In this document: positions 1-12,837 of the stretch, piece by piece | Position numbering within the stretch: position 1 is the first letter of the stretch | Layout of the letters: each line of letters starts with the position of its first letter | Source: Babesia bigemina | Lineage: Eukaryota | Reading direction: 5' to 3' | Assembly: GCF_000981445.1 (NCBI RefSeq) | Contig: NC_027219.1 | Coordinates: 620,001 to 684,000 of the forward strand | Length of the DNA: 64,000 bases | The notes under the pieces: generated by a model | Seen by the model: only the letters and a program-made list of their open reading frames with translations | The model's database searches: none | What the model was told of the DNA's origin: nothing | Position numbers and translations under genes: made by a program

Positions 1-1853
1 GATTGTCCCAGTTATGCCGCTTAGGCGGGTTGGAGGGGCATTCAGATCCTCTATGCGGGCCGCCAGACTTAAGTTCTCGGTGGTTAACTCGTCAATTTTT
101 GCCTGCAGCTCAGAGTTGCAGGTGCGATATTCATACAGCTGCCTCTCGAGATCACGTGTGCCAGCCACTTCGGCTTCCATCTGGCTGCATTTCTGGCGCA
201 GCAGCTTCAACGCAGTTTCAGCCACCTCGGTGGCCTTCCTCGACGCCGCTATTTCCCGTTCCAAGTCCGACTTGGCGCATAGCAGCTCGCTACGCTCAGA
301 TTCCGCAACTTCCCCCTCAGAGCGGAGGGATTCCACAAGCTCACGCAGTGAGCTCACCTCTGTCTCAAGTGACAGTATCTTTGACTGCAACGCCTGCTGC
401 CCAGCAGCGTGGCTGTCTGCTGGCACTGAACACTTCAGCCTTTCGGCCGCCACCTCGTTATCTCGCAAAGCGGCCGCCAGGTCACGCGATAGATCCTTCT
501 CCCGTTTCACCATGTCCTCAAACGCCTTTGAAAGCTCTGCATTCTCAGCGCGGAATCGTTGAATCTCGCTCAGCATAGTTGCACGTTCGTCGGAGGCATG
601 CCAAGCATCCTCAGGCAATACACTTGAGGTGGTGGGCTCAACGTATTCGATGTCGTCACCGACGCACACATCAGTGCGGTCGGTATGGTTGGAAGATGCC
701 AAGCTGCGGCGCGCTTCAGCCTCTTCCAGCGAACGTCGTAAATCGACATTCATCTTCTCAAGGCTCGCGCACTGGCTCCTGACGGTCTGGATCTCGTCCT
801 CCAGCCTCGCGGAGTCACATGAGTCTAGACGCCTCTTGAGGTTCATCACCTGGATCCGGTAGCTGTCTAATTCGATCTCCTGGGATTCCGTCTGACGCTG
901 CAGCATTGAGTTGCTTTCCACCAGCTGGTCACACCGCGATTGCAACTCGATTCTGCCCGCAGCCAACTCGCTGCGCAGCTCGTCAAGCTGCTTCTCCCTG
1001 CTTTCGCACTCGGCTTCCAGTTGCTCCCGCTGCGTCGTCAACTCGTCGATGCGCTCGCAGAAGCGGTTGTAGATCTCGGGAAGGCAAACGTCCAGGTTCT
1101 CAAGTAATTGGCGATAACGTTCCTCTGACGAGACGGCGCTGCGACACGACGCAACGCTGCTCATGAAAGATCGGGAGGAGTCCACGGGGTCTGAATCCTC
1201 GTCGCTCTCAAAAGCGGTGCACGTAGATATCGTGCAGAGGTTGCTGGTTACCTGCGGACGGTAGCTGAAACGTTGGCACAGGTGGCCAAAAATCATATCG
1301 GAGACGTGGGTGACCTCAATGTCGCCCTTGGAAAATGTGCGATGAGAATTTTCGCGAACCCGCAACCAAAATTCCGGCAGGTCGCTGCTCTTGTTGCAAC
1401 AGTCGATCACCGAAAGAAAAGCGGTGAGAGACATTCGAGAGGTCTGCTTAAGCAGCTCGTCGCGAAAATGACGAACGCTCCTAAGCAGCGCATCATCCGC
1501 GAACAGAGCTTTTTGCAAGTCTAGTCTGCGCGATCCAGTTATCACCGGCTCCGGCCCAGTGACCACGTCTTCTACCCCTACACATGGATGTATAAATGCG
1601 TTCAGAGTATGGGACTACGCCTATGAACCGTTTTGAAACACTCACCTCGCCAGAATCGTATAAAGCATACGCTTTCGCACGGATTCGGCGGCACGCCAAA
1701 GGCCTGGTGAAAATTGTCATACTTGCTGAGTTCTCCGAACACATCACTGCTCTCGTACAGCATACGCTGTAGCGTATGCGCGTTCGCAGGCTGCAGAGTA
1801 TCCTCGATGTCGGCAGCAACCGTCCGCCGATAGAGCGACAGCAGCGCCTCCAT
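1..1853 (-). CDS. Long coiled-coil protein (5' part; runs off the window start)
   Basis: ATG at 1853 (MEALLSLYRR...). After an inferred intron, an open minus-strand frame from ~1550 to 1 is E/L/R/K-rich with a heptad pattern (e.g. IDELTTQREQLEAECESREKQLDELRSEL). The + strand ORFs here are its antisense shadow. Confidence 0.75.
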
Positions 1854-2371
1854 TCCTACAAGGTAATGTGTACGTCGCTCCTAGTTCATCTCATATGTAC
1901 ATGCGTATGTAAAATAACCAAATGGGTTGCGGCACGACGACCGGGCCGCAACGTGGAGAGTGGGTGTTACGTCCGGCATGAGACGGCATGACCAACACCA
2001 CCCAGAGACCGCTGCATATTTTGCGGGGCTTATACGTTTGTTAATGGGTTTTACATGTATTTGTGTATGGATAAACGAGCAGCTGCGAGGAAGCGGGCAG
2101 CTAACAGGGAAGCCTACACCGTAGCCGTGCAAAGAACAGTTCAGATGACGGACCTCTGAAGCTGTCTTTGGAGTTATATCGACAGTTCAGACCATGCATA
2201 AACTCTCGACGGCGTGAGCTAGGAAGGCTTCGAATACTGGGTATCAACGGTAAACATTGACCGAAGATGGATACACACTGACCAGATACAGCCTCAAAGC
2301 TATCTATGCGCGGCCGTCATCCACGCCTTAGTGATTGTTTTGACACTAAAAAATAGCCTTGTAATGCTCTG

Positions 2372-3025
2372 ATGAGGTCACAAAGTTCTGTCTATACACG
2401 GTTCGTATTGCCGCCAATAGAGCCGCTAACACTACTTCATTGCCAAAGACCCATGCACATTGGATAGGTTATTATTGCGTATACATATTAGATGCGTCGC
2501 CGCTGCCATTGTCGTGGAGTGTCGTTATACACGCCAGATGCCCTATAACCGTAAGTCACGCGAGCGCGGGGCGCCTTACAGCCATATGACATGAGCAGGT
2601 TCGGCAAATTTATACGGAGCCGATGCCTTGCTGATCCATATATTCAACTGCTGCACTGCAAACGCACTCTGCGGTTCCTACAGCTGGCAAAGGCGGGCGG
2701 CGCGCAGATGCTCATTCTCGGCAACAAGCACCGGCAAGGTATCAAACTAGAAGCGCTCACGGGAGGATATTCGCAAGCTGTGACCAAAGCAACGCCAGAA
2801 CTCATATCGGACGCTACCAGGAACTACGACCTCATACTTTGTCTCGACCCCGTTCTATACGCGCGGCACCTGTACAACATCAACCTCCCCTGTGTGGCCA
2901 TCTGCGAGGTGGATGAGTTATACAAGCACCGCGATATACCGGACGCATTCGACTACTTCATACCGATAGGGCCTCACACCAAAGAGAGCCTGCTCGACAT
3001 CATTGCTGCCAGAGGTCAAAAGTGA
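2372..3025 (+). CDS. Small multi-exon protein, possibly a divergent organellar ribosomal protein uS2-like
   Basis: ORF 2591-3025 (TLRFLQLAKAGGAQMLILGNK...YDLILCLDP...INLPCVAIC...FDYFIP) has uS2-like spacing. Upstream exons can be joined in frame via GT-AG introns at 2468-2491 and 2551-2581. The start is uncertain. Confidence 0.45.
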
Positions 3026-3627
3026 AACGCGAGGGGCCAAGATGCTAACTGGCGTTGATTTCGAGCGCTCCAAGAGGACAGAGACCAGCGACCCTGTTGT
3101 CGAGAACATATTCTTGACAGGAAAGGCTTGGGAGTTCCTTACCCACAAGGTGTTTGAGGGAGAGGCAGGCAGCTCGTTCCTGATGGCTGCGGGAGCCGTT
3201 GCGATCGCAGTGCTGGCGGGACGGGAAAGGAGAGCAGGCGTGTTGGCTCGTAGTCTGCAAATGGGGCCTGCTTCGAGCCTGCGAGTATTTGGGCATCCTA
3301 AATACAGGGAGCATATCCCAAGAAACCCCCTGATGAAGTCGTAACCCGGACACTTTATAGCGCCTTGCCTGGGCATATCCTGAGGGCCGAAGTGATGCAT
3401 GGCGATTCTGCATTTTGCTTGCAACTAAAATGCGGTACTTCACATGCGGTGTGTTGCGGATCGCACTACGACGGGACGGCGGCGTTGCAGCTCGGGGACC
3501 GATTTCCCGCCGACTACTCACCCTTAACCTCGTACCTTCGTGTACACAATGCTAATCAACGCGTAACACTTAGAACAAGTGGCGATATAATCGTAAAATA
3601 CAGTACAATTACACCACGGTGCCCGTG

Positions 3628-6473
3628 TTAGTATTTGCTCAGCCGCAGGACGTTCTGTACGGACGACCACCATATGGCCTCGTCGCTCACCATATCCTGG
3701 TCGAACCGCGTGTAAACGTTGGGTACGTAGTCCTGAGCCATATTGCGCAGCATCGACTTCGCCGCCGTGACCGCGCTCTCCGTGGTCAGTGACATGTTGC
3801 ACGGCTCCAGGTTCTTAAGAATCCACGGAGGCAACTTCGAACGCTTGTCAGCGCGGCTGTAGCGCGAGTCGGCGAAGATCATAAGGCCGAAGTCGCTCTT
3901 GTTGCGGATAATGCGGCCGACGCACTGCGCGGCCTGCCGCATGGCGTCGAATGTCATGAACTCGTTCTCCAGAATGCCGTAGTTGGTCTGGGTGGCATTA
4001 AATATCGTAATGCAAAACTCACCCTCATGAAATCGAGGCGGGCCTTCAGAACGCGGGACAGGGTGTACTGGAACGGCACGCCAATGAGGACCACACAACG
4101 CCCGTAGTGACGATCGAAGTCGATACCCTCGGCCACCTTTCCACGACAAATGGACAGGAAGAGGCCGCCTCTGCCCACGTCACAAGCCTTGCGATAGTTG
4201 TGGAGGGCTAACGTCGTCGTGACGACGTCTTTGGTCTCCATGAATATTAACTTGTGCTCCATAATCGTGGCGATGATACCGCATTCATACCAGTGGGACA
4301 CGATGAGCTCCATGTACGCGTAACTCGGAAAGAAACAAACCACGCCGTCAGGTATGTTCTTGCACAGCTCAATTAGAAGGTTGCCGTAATTGCGGAGCAC
4401 GGTCACGTCATTACGGAGGTCGAACTTCGTTGACATCTGCAACTGGTTGGCGCCCTTCGATACTATCAGAGGGCACAAGCAATCACGGTCCAGTGACATG
4501 GGGAGCGATTGCGTGAGTACCGGGGTGAAGTTCAGAATTTTGGGGTACATTTCCAACGGCGAAATCGTACCAGATGTCAAAATCACGGACTGGAAGTTGT
4601 CCACCACGGGTTGCATGGCGATTGACGCGTCCAAGCAGCTGAACTGTAAAAGAGGTTCGTATAACGATCCCTGGGGATAGGGTTCCACTATCACAATGAA
4701 ACCGGTGGAATATGTGCCTACCAAGGTACAAAAGTCAACCACCAATTGGATTGCTGACAGGTCGCCAACGGCAGTTATCTTCAGCGTGTTCAGGAGGGAC
4801 TTCATACGGCTGTATGTGTGCTGCATGGTGATGCTGCCAATCCCCGTCTCTATTTCGAACCTGCAGAAATATTAGGCGCGGCCTTGGAAAGCATCAAACT
4901 GAGAAACTACAGTTAAACTAGAAATGACCACATGTGCATTATCACCTCACCTATGCAAAAACATGAGCGGGCCCTCAGACTTCGGCTCTTGCACCTTGAT
5001 GTAGTGCTTCAAATATCCCACCACGACCTTTAAAAACGATATGAAGTGTTCGGCTTGGCGTATGTTGCCAGGAACCGCCTTCTGCAGCACGTCGGCGGGT
5101 AGCACGGGGCACATGTAACCCTCAATGTCAATTGAGCTCTCGCGAATGTTTTCAGCCAGCTTGCGATACTCCTCCATAAGTAGGTTTTCGTCACGCTCGC
5201 GCAGTTGGCGGACATTGTCCTCGATCTTCGCGATGTTGCAGAATGCCTCGTCCAGAGTGTCATCGTTGAGCTCAACGCTCATCGCCTCGATGCAGACATT
5301 GTCGATGTTGTGGGCCTCGTCGAAGACCACCACTATGGGCAATTTGGACTTCTTTTCACGTTTGGGGTCCGGTTTCTCGTCTTTATGCTTGCTCATGTCT
5401 GTAGGCGACGTCGAGTACAGGTGCGAAAAGGCCGCTTCAGAAACCTTGGGGTCCAACAGATATTGGTAATTCAGAACAACCACGTTAGCCATGTCAAGTG
5501 CCCTTCGTACCGCGAAGTACGGGCAAATGGGGACTGATACACCCGTGACAGGATGCCTGAATGTGCTGCAGTGTTCCTTCAAACCCTCAAGCGTGTATAC
5601 ACCTGAGCATACATGAAATACGCAAAATATACTTACCGGAAGGTATCATGGTCGGATTCCATATGCGTTCCAGATGCTCGTAGTACCCGCACAGCCCCTT
5701 CGATGCGTAGTGTTCTATGTCTTGCACCTCCTCCACGGCGGACTGGCGCACGACCGGGGCAGTGGGCATCCCACGCGTACCCGTACCCTCGTATTGCATA
5801 GTATACTCGCGATATGTCGTCGTTCCATCCTCTTCGTAGTTTATACGGCGCCACAGTGACGTCATGTCGTGGCCTGGAAAGTCTGTTGCGACCTACATAA
5901 AGCAAACATACACAATTCGTCGATCTTTGCCCTGTCGGCACAGGAAGACACCGATGGGTTAATGCAAAGATTGCGCCGCGAGCAGAGACCGATTGCCAGA
6001 AAGTACTCTAGTGCATGTTATCTTAAGAAGGGTGATTTTCCTACCGCTTTTCTTATCTGCCATGACTGGTTCTGGGACGGAAACGGCAGAAGACTCCCCG
6101 TTGGTCACCGCAGCCTTTGAACGAGCAGCACGGTCCTTCGCTAACTCCTCATTGCGATATTTGATCACCTGCTTTAACTCCAGTAGCGATTTCTCCATCT
6201 CTGGAATGGTACGGGTGCAATAAATCAAACGACCGATCTCAGGCCTGGCAAGCTGATAGCTCGTGATCAGGCTAAACAGCGCCACTGTTTTGCCTGAATC
6301 TGATGACGTGGAGCGCACAAACGCAACATACCCGTCCCAGTTGGCATCTCCAGAACAGCGTGGCCTTGCGCATCCAAAGTGCTCTTCAGACTGCGCAAAT
6401 AGGCCAGCTGCTCCGGGTAAATCTGAGGATACGGGAAAAAAACCTCAATACCGTCAACCCAGAAGCGCACCAT
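3628..6473 (-). CDS. ERCC2: TFIIH helicase XPD/RAD3 (Fe-S DNA helicase), multi-exon
   Basis: [21 protein letters not shown] (Walker A split by an intron), YCTRT, Fe-S cysteines (RRNLC, ELCHD, LCGYY, CPYF), [44 protein letters not shown]. Confidence 0.97.
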
Positions 6474-6622
6474 TGTGGAAAATTAACTGAAACATTTGTT
6501 GGAGTGTCGGTGGATTCCACCGCGCGTCAAAGCGGCGGAGGCACGTATGCCTTAAGATCGTGACATCAAAAGGTTTGTTATCATTCTAGGATCACACACT
6601 AACAATTTAATGCCTACACAGC

Positions 6623-7766
6623 TCACACATCGTCCTCATCGGAGTCGTCACGCGAGATCAAGACCAAGGACGCATTTGGGTACAGGTTCGCTTTCTCGAG
6701 CGTCTGCGCTCGATCTCCCAGAGTTGTGGATGGGTGGGGGATTGATAGATCAAATGCATAAGGAATCTTGACCTGGTTGTCACATAAGTACTCGGCGGCA
6801 CCGACCCAATCGTATAGCATTCCAACCGTGTCGTCCTTGTTGAAAACCGATTCTATCGTGCGGCCACTTGGTAAACGCACCTTTATCTTTGTGTTTCCAG
6901 TATGAGAGGTTGCTGCGTACTTCCTGGCAAACTCCTTGCGATCACTAATTAATTGCTGGCGTTTCAGCCTATTATCCGCTCGGAGTTGGCGCCTTCGAAG
7001 ATCATTGTTCTCCCGCAGATCCTTGGAGCGCATACGAGCAACGTCTGCTTCTATTGCTTTCTGTAATTCTGCATCCTGTTCGGTCACAATCTGCCGGTGA
7101 ATGCTTAAATCATCTGACCTAGCTCCAGCAGAGCTCACGGGATTTTCGATTGCGCCTACAAGCATTGAAACCACGTTACTAGCGGTTGAGAAATCGCTCG
7201 TGCTGGCGATAACGGCGTACTCCCTGTAGCTTCTCATAACCATTACTGACATGTGAGGGAGCCTTCTGGCGTCCAAACGTTGTATAAGATTGCGCATGCG
7301 CGGGCCCTTGCCATGCTCAACATAGAAGACAAAGTTAGAATCCTGCGAATAGGTTTACAAACAAATGTCAGATAAATACCTACCAATATATCTATCACCA
7401 GACTATTGGTGAGGACAGAAGCGCACAACTCGTCCCTGGAGTCCGAATGGAGACACACAGCCAAAAGTTTCCCATTCCTGAAGGCCGACAATTGGGCCTG
7501 AAAAACTCATAAACGATTATTCCGATGTGACCAACCAATTGGAAAGTCCCTTCAAAGAATTTAGGGTGCGATGTGCCGTGTCTGCTCTCAAAGTACTTGT
7601 GGAAGGAATCGGACGAGGAGCCAATGGTGTTTGATACTATGCGATAACAAAGCCCAGGTAACACCCGACAATAAGCAACGATGTGAGTTATTGTATCCCG
7701 CAAAAGCTTGAAGAAATGCCTCCCATAGCGGCTTACCGATGAAAACACAGCTTTCGGCGTATCCAT
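6623..7766 (-). CDS. UBX/UAS-domain protein (FAF2/UBXD8-like p97 adaptor), multi-exon
   Basis: FESRHGTSHPKFFEGTF (UAS start), a coiled coil (RQIVTEQDAELQKAIEAD) and a C-terminal UBX domain (IKVRLPSGRTIESVFNKDDTV...LYPNASL). Confidence 0.85.
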
Positions 7767-9308
7767 GGTGAAACACGCGTCTAACACAGAAGTTTACGTG
7801 CCAATTGTTTTACACATCAGAACATTGCGATTAAAGCGCTTATGCCGGTTACAAGACTATCATGGAAACGAAATATTTTTACGAGTCATAACGCTACACA
7901 TGTCACCTCTGCCTACACATATCACTAAGGCGGGATCTACGATATTATGAAAGTAATCTAATATGTATGTTATTTATGTGTATGTCACTTGTTTACGTTT
8001 GTTCGATATTAGTGTGCGGTGGCAAGGATGATGGAAAGCAGCAACTAGGGATGCGCATCCCAAACTGATAACAAATATGAGTGGAATGTATTGTTGTACG
8101 TTGCATCTGAAATGCGAACTAGAGTTAACCAAGTGGTGTGTTATATTAAGGATCGCATACCAACGCTATCTGAATTGTTCAGCTCTTAAATACCAGCGTT
8201 GTTTAACATTAGAAGCCGCATATCTGTCTTATGATCACTCCGCATAGAACTAAACTGAGATGTATTATTTCACTGTAGAATCTGCCAGCGTTCATTTTTT
8301 ATCTTTTATTAGGACATCCCAGATATTCTTGAATGAATGCCATGTCTCATTAACCATTGCTTAAAGCAGCTGAAATTAAATACGGGCCCCCTGCTCGGTC
8401 AGGGTTGTGTCTCCGTCTGGCACGTTTGTTTGCTCCATTTATAGGATCCACCATGTTCTTCGAAAACGCAACACATTTTTATTTTTGTCTGTCGTAGCTA
8501 TTCGTATCGAACCAGACTGTCTAAACGAACACAGTAGCATCACTGCAACCTGATGAATCAGTATAATTACAAATAATGAGGAAACATCCAATTCATAGGT
8601 CTCCCAACACGACTTGGGAGGCGTAAATGCCACTTCATCGCACTTGTTTTGTGTTTATGTATGAACAGTGTAATCAAGATTTACGATATGGGGGGAAGGT
8701 TACACTCGCATGGTTACCGTCGTACACCTTTATGATGTATAGGTGGGGCTATGATGGACTAGTGACTTGGGGCTTGTACATGCTAGGAAAAATATAGGAA
8801 GCATTTTTTTGTACGGATTCATAATCCCGAAGTAGAGACATCATATGAGGACCTACCCTACCACATCGATAAAATGTAGTTTCTGCGGTATCAATTATTC
8901 GCATCCGTTTAGTCTCACTACAAAATGGCCTTTGAATCCAAGGCGGGGTAGCCGTCAATACCCATGCCCTCGTATATCATTCCATCTACAATATTATTGG
9001 TAAATGTGCCAGGGTGTCCAGGCGATCTAGTAACGCATCCCGTATCGAAAACATAACTTTGTATAATGTGTCGGCGTGGCCCTGAAAATGAATATATTGC
9101 TAGAGCAATGATTGTCTCGCCATCTTTAGTCGTGCATGGAACGATGGCAGTGACGGCTTAGACACACCGTCGTTCCCACGGGACTGCCGTCTAGTCTCGA
9201 CTTAGTAGGGCATAGCGATCTAGCTATTCATGTCCACGTGCAGCCCAGAACGACAAATGGGACGTAAGGGTTTTAAGAGAGAAGATATTATACGCATATG
9301 TAAATCTA

Positions 9309-10439
9309 TTAATGATAGTAACTGTAATTATGGATAGCTGTACTAAGTGGTACATTCCACACGTGCCTACACCGCTCACCCAGTAGGCGACATGCATCCC
9401 CGCCACTTTGATCGGAGCGGTTTTTGAGGCGCATCAAAAACGACGCGAAGTATTCGTCCCAGAGTGGATCCTCATCCTCTTCAGGTTTCTCAGGTTTGAA
9501 GTAAGAATCGGACGATGAGTCGAAGTCGTGGTGTTCCGTGCGTGAATCGCAAGCACCTGAAATGTTATCACACCCCCTGTCGTCGTTGGAGGATCCGGCC
9601 ATTTCCCCTGAAGCATCTGAAGCTTCCAACGAGCGATCTGTCTCGGGCTTCCATGCACCCAGCGAGCCTGCGATACACGGTGACGCACCTGCCTCATCTT
9701 CCCGAAGCCAAGGCGCTTCATCCGACTCATGCTCAATTAAATCAACAAATGCGGGTTCGTCGTAGCCGATGGCGTCACCAACGCCCCTTAGACTGGCGGG
9801 GGTGGTGACGCCGCTCTCAACCTGGAAACCGTTTACTGTGTTTTCCATATCGAAGTTTTGCAACGTTTCAGAGCACTTTGTATAAAGAGACTGATAAAGC
9901 AGCATCCAGAAGTCCATTATATCTTCCTGTGCTTTGACAGGCGCAGATCGAAAACAGGAGATGGCGTCGATCACGTCTGGACGGTTTAGATGATAAAGTG
10001 GCGACAGCTCCACCACCGTATCGGTGATACCTGTAAGAGATCCAGCAACCTCTGCGCACAGTTCATTAGGCTTTAACTCAAAGAACGATGACCCATTTGC
10101 TTCTGCCAATTTCCGTTCGTAAAATTCGACAATCATACCCAGGTACGGCTTAAACGGATGTAGACCTTGATAATGCGTGAAAACATCTCTTAGAAATTGC
10201 GTAGTTTTTTTTAAATGCTCGTACTTTAGCGCAAACATGTAATGCTTGGTTGGTTCTTTTTCGAATTGTATCTCGCTGTATAGCGTTCGCTGCCCATTTA
10301 CGTATATCCGTAGGTCATCATTCAAAGTGTGTCTAAAGCGCTTCACATTGATCTGAGCTGTTGTTCCATTGGCAAAGGTGAGGACCAACACGACCAGGAC
10401 GATCCTTTTCCAACCCGTAATCAACGTTGACTTTGCCAT
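9309..10439 (-). CDS. Secreted hypothetical protein with an acidic C-terminal third
   Basis: 376-aa intronless ORF with an N-terminal signal peptide (KRIVLVVLVLTFANGTTA). Confidence 0.75.
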   Translation of the reverse strand: MAKSTLITGWKRIVLVVLVLTFANGTTAQINVKRFRHTLNDDLRIYVNGQRTLYSEIQFEKEPTKHYMFALKYEHLKKTTQFLRDVFTHYQGLHPFKPYLGMIVEFYERKLAEANGSSFFELKPNELCAEVAGSLTGITDTVVELSPLYHLNRPDVIDAISCFRSAPVKAQEDIMDFWMLLYQSLYTKCSETLQNFDMENTVNGFQVESGVTTPASLRGVGDAIGYDEPAFVDLIEHESDEAPWLREDEAGASPCIAGSLGAWKPETDRSLEASDASGEMAGSSNDDRGCDNISGACDSRTEHHDFDSSSDSYFKPEKPEEDEDPLWDEYFASFLMRLKNRSDQSGGDACRLLGERCRHVWNVPLSTAIHNYSYYH

Positions 10440-11343
10440 CCTACTCGCGTGTCGTTAATGTGTAAAGTGTTACTAATATTCCTAAAGATTCAACAGCACA
10501 CAGATTTGTGTTAACGTAATAGGTAATCCATGCTTCGAAGTTCGTTCATCCAACCCAACCTTCATAAAGTCAGGTGCATCATTAGACACGTGAGCAGAAA
10601 TTATATTTCATCCAACCGAAATACATGGAAGCAGTAATCAACAGGCTCAACTATTAGGCGGTAAATGTTGTCATAAATTCCCTGTTTGTTATTGCTTCGT
10701 ATCTGCTCGGAGGGCACTTGTGGCGTGGGCCTACTTCTGTTTAATATGTGTAAAAAAAATTATCGCGTCACACGGGTGCAATCACACGGATAGATGTGTG
10801 GTAACTTGATAGTTCATTTTAAAGAATATGCAACTAATTACGTTTTAGGTGCCAATGTACCGGAGTGGTCAATCAATTCGTGGAAATGCCCGTTTAACTC
10901 CCATATTTTTAGATGTGGTAAGGGAGAACAGATGTAAAACAAACCATGTAGATTATTTTGGGTGTGGAGTCACATGGTTTCGTTTCACAGCATTCACAAT
11001 CTTACTTCGAACAATGTTCACATCTCATAGATGAGGTAGATTAAAGGCTATAGTTTTGAGCCGACAGTTATGCGATATAGGCACGGCATTACATCTGTGC
11101 ATCCACTATCACAACAGGCACAGCTCTGAAATTTTACCGCTTCCACCATTAGGCTGGCAATTTAGCTGTATCGCAGCTTACGTTGACATGGCTTTTCCAA
11201 TAAAATCGGTATTAAACGGCACTTTTATGCATATATGAGTTTCTATAATGCCGTTAAGCGGTCATAATACTCGGCTGTTGTATATGAGTGGTGTTATGAT
11301 CTCCACTCGCCTTCTAGATGGAAGCGCTTTCTGTTTCCTGGAA

Positions 11344-12837
11344 TCACAGCGCCCCAATCACAACAAGTGCCAATATGATTCCAAAAGAGTTAATACCAAC
11401 TTTGGCAACTCCTGAAGTTAGTTCGTGGTGATTTCTAAAGCGTGTGCTTTTCACAGCACCACCGCTGCCTTCTTGTTCAACCGATTCACGTGACGCCTCA
11501 TCCAATGTTGGTATACGTGTTTTGATTGATTGGAGTGGCGGTTGTTGTATAGGTAGTGGTGGTTGTTCTTGTGATTTTCGTGGTTGAGATAGTGGTGGTT
11601 GTTCTTGTGATTTTCGTGGTAGAGGAAGTGGTGGTTGTTGTCGTGATTTTCGTGGTAGAGGTAGTGGTGGTTGCTGTCGTGATTTTCGTGGTAGAGGTAG
11701 TGGTGGTGGATTCAAGTTACGTTTTTTACGCTTTATGTCGTCTACCAACTGCGGCAGCTTATGCAGTACCTGCGATACTTCCCGCTGTAAATCCTCTAGC
11801 ACTATGATCTCTTTGAGAGTTAAGAGTTCATATATTTGTGATTCTACTTCCTTATACCATTGTAAATAAGGAATAGCTTTATCCGAATTCACATCTAATG
11901 CATTAAGTCGGTTAATGATAGTGTCCCTCTTTTTGAACAAATGTGTTTCCTCACTGAACTTGTCCAGACATTGAGACACGAATTTGACAAAATCCGGTGC
12001 TTTGACTTCAAATTTATGGAAATATGATAATATGTTATTAACGGCGTCAACCGACCCCTTATCTTCCATCAATGGATCACGTAATATAACATCTATTTTA
12101 TTCAAGTCAGCCCGAATTATATTCAATGTATCTGATAAAGATTGCCCATCGGTACGTTTTCGATCCGGTGCATTGCCGTAGTAAAACGGGGGCTTATCAT
12201 TCGGTGCGTCATTAACCTTGCCTGCCATAATTTCTCCTTCCTTAGCAGATGGTTCTGGAACCTTGTGTGTATTAACAAATTGTTCTATGTCCAAAAGTCT
12301 GAAAACATATTCAAACACGTCGTTTTGGTGAATGTCGGATAATAAGCGGTGTTTACATTCGAAACTTTGATCTAAGAGTTTCATAGCTTTATTAAGTTCG
12401 TTTGACCGCATAATTGTTGGTGAGCCACTTTTTAATTCGATAATTATTTGTCGAGCTTCACGCAACATTCTTCCTCGTTCGGCATAATCCTTTGTAGCAT
12501 TTATTATACCCTCTAAGCCATTCGAAAACTCATTGCACAGATTCTGCAGTGCTGCTTTCTTTTCTGGTGGATCTTCAGACTTGAGAATTGCCTCCGCGAT
12601 TTTTTTCAGAGGACTTTGAAGTTGCGCTGCACGATGATATATGACTTCTATATTTTTAAATTTAGTAATCTCATCCATTTTAACAGCGTAGAGTAAGATG
12701 GATCTGGTACCATGCGTTCCACAATTCAAAGTGTTTCCATCACCGGAATCTCCGGCTGCGAAAACATTTAAGCCGACGATGTATAGACAGAGAGCGTAGG
12801 CGCCGATTCGACGCCCACAGCTACTAAAGCTTGGCAT
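11344..12837 (-). CDS. Putative GPI-anchored, helical merozoite-surface-antigen-like protein with Pro-rich repeats
   Basis: ATG at 12837, signal peptide (IGAYALCLYIVGLNVFA), helical body, Pro-rich repeat stalk, and a C-terminal SG followed by a hydrophobic tail (SGVAKVGINSFGIILALVVIGAL*). Confidence 0.8.
   Translation of the reverse strand: MPSFSSCGRRIGAYALCLYIVGLNVFAAGDSGDGNTLNCGTHGTRSILLYAVKMDEITKFKNIEVIYHRAAQLQSPLKKIAEAILKSEDPPEKKAALQNLCNEFSNGLEGIINATKDYAERGRMLREARQIIIELKSGSPTIMRSNELNKAMKLLDQSFECKHRLLSDIHQNDVFEYVFRLLDIEQFVNTHKVPEPSAKEGEIMAGKVNDAPNDKPPFYYGNAPDRKRTDGQSLSDTLNIIRADLNKIDVILRDPLMEDKGSVDAVNNILSYFHKFEVKAPDFVKFVSQCLDKFSEETHLFKKRDTIINRLNALDVNSDKAIPYLQWYKEVESQIYELLTLKEIIVLEDLQREVSQVLHKLPQLVDDIKRKKRNLNPPPLPLPRKSRQQPPLPLPRKSRQQPPLPLPRKSQEQPPLSQPRKSQEQPPLPIQQPPLQSIKTRIPTLDEASRESVEQEGSGGAVKSTRFRNHHELTSGVAKVGINSFGIILALVVIGAL
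11551..11709 (-). repeat. 36-bp tandem repeat, about 4.4 copies (PPLPLPRKSRQQ)
   Basis: The motif gtgattttcgtggt recurs every 36 bp. Confidence 0.95.

Noticed and set aside
3003..3631. Overlapping short ORFs on both strands between the uS2-like gene and XPD
   Set aside because: No recognisable motif or convincing splice model. A small gene cannot be excluded.
8430..8960. Short minus-strand ORFs, possibly a decayed Cys-domain gene
   Set aside because: Similarity is too weak to support by eye.
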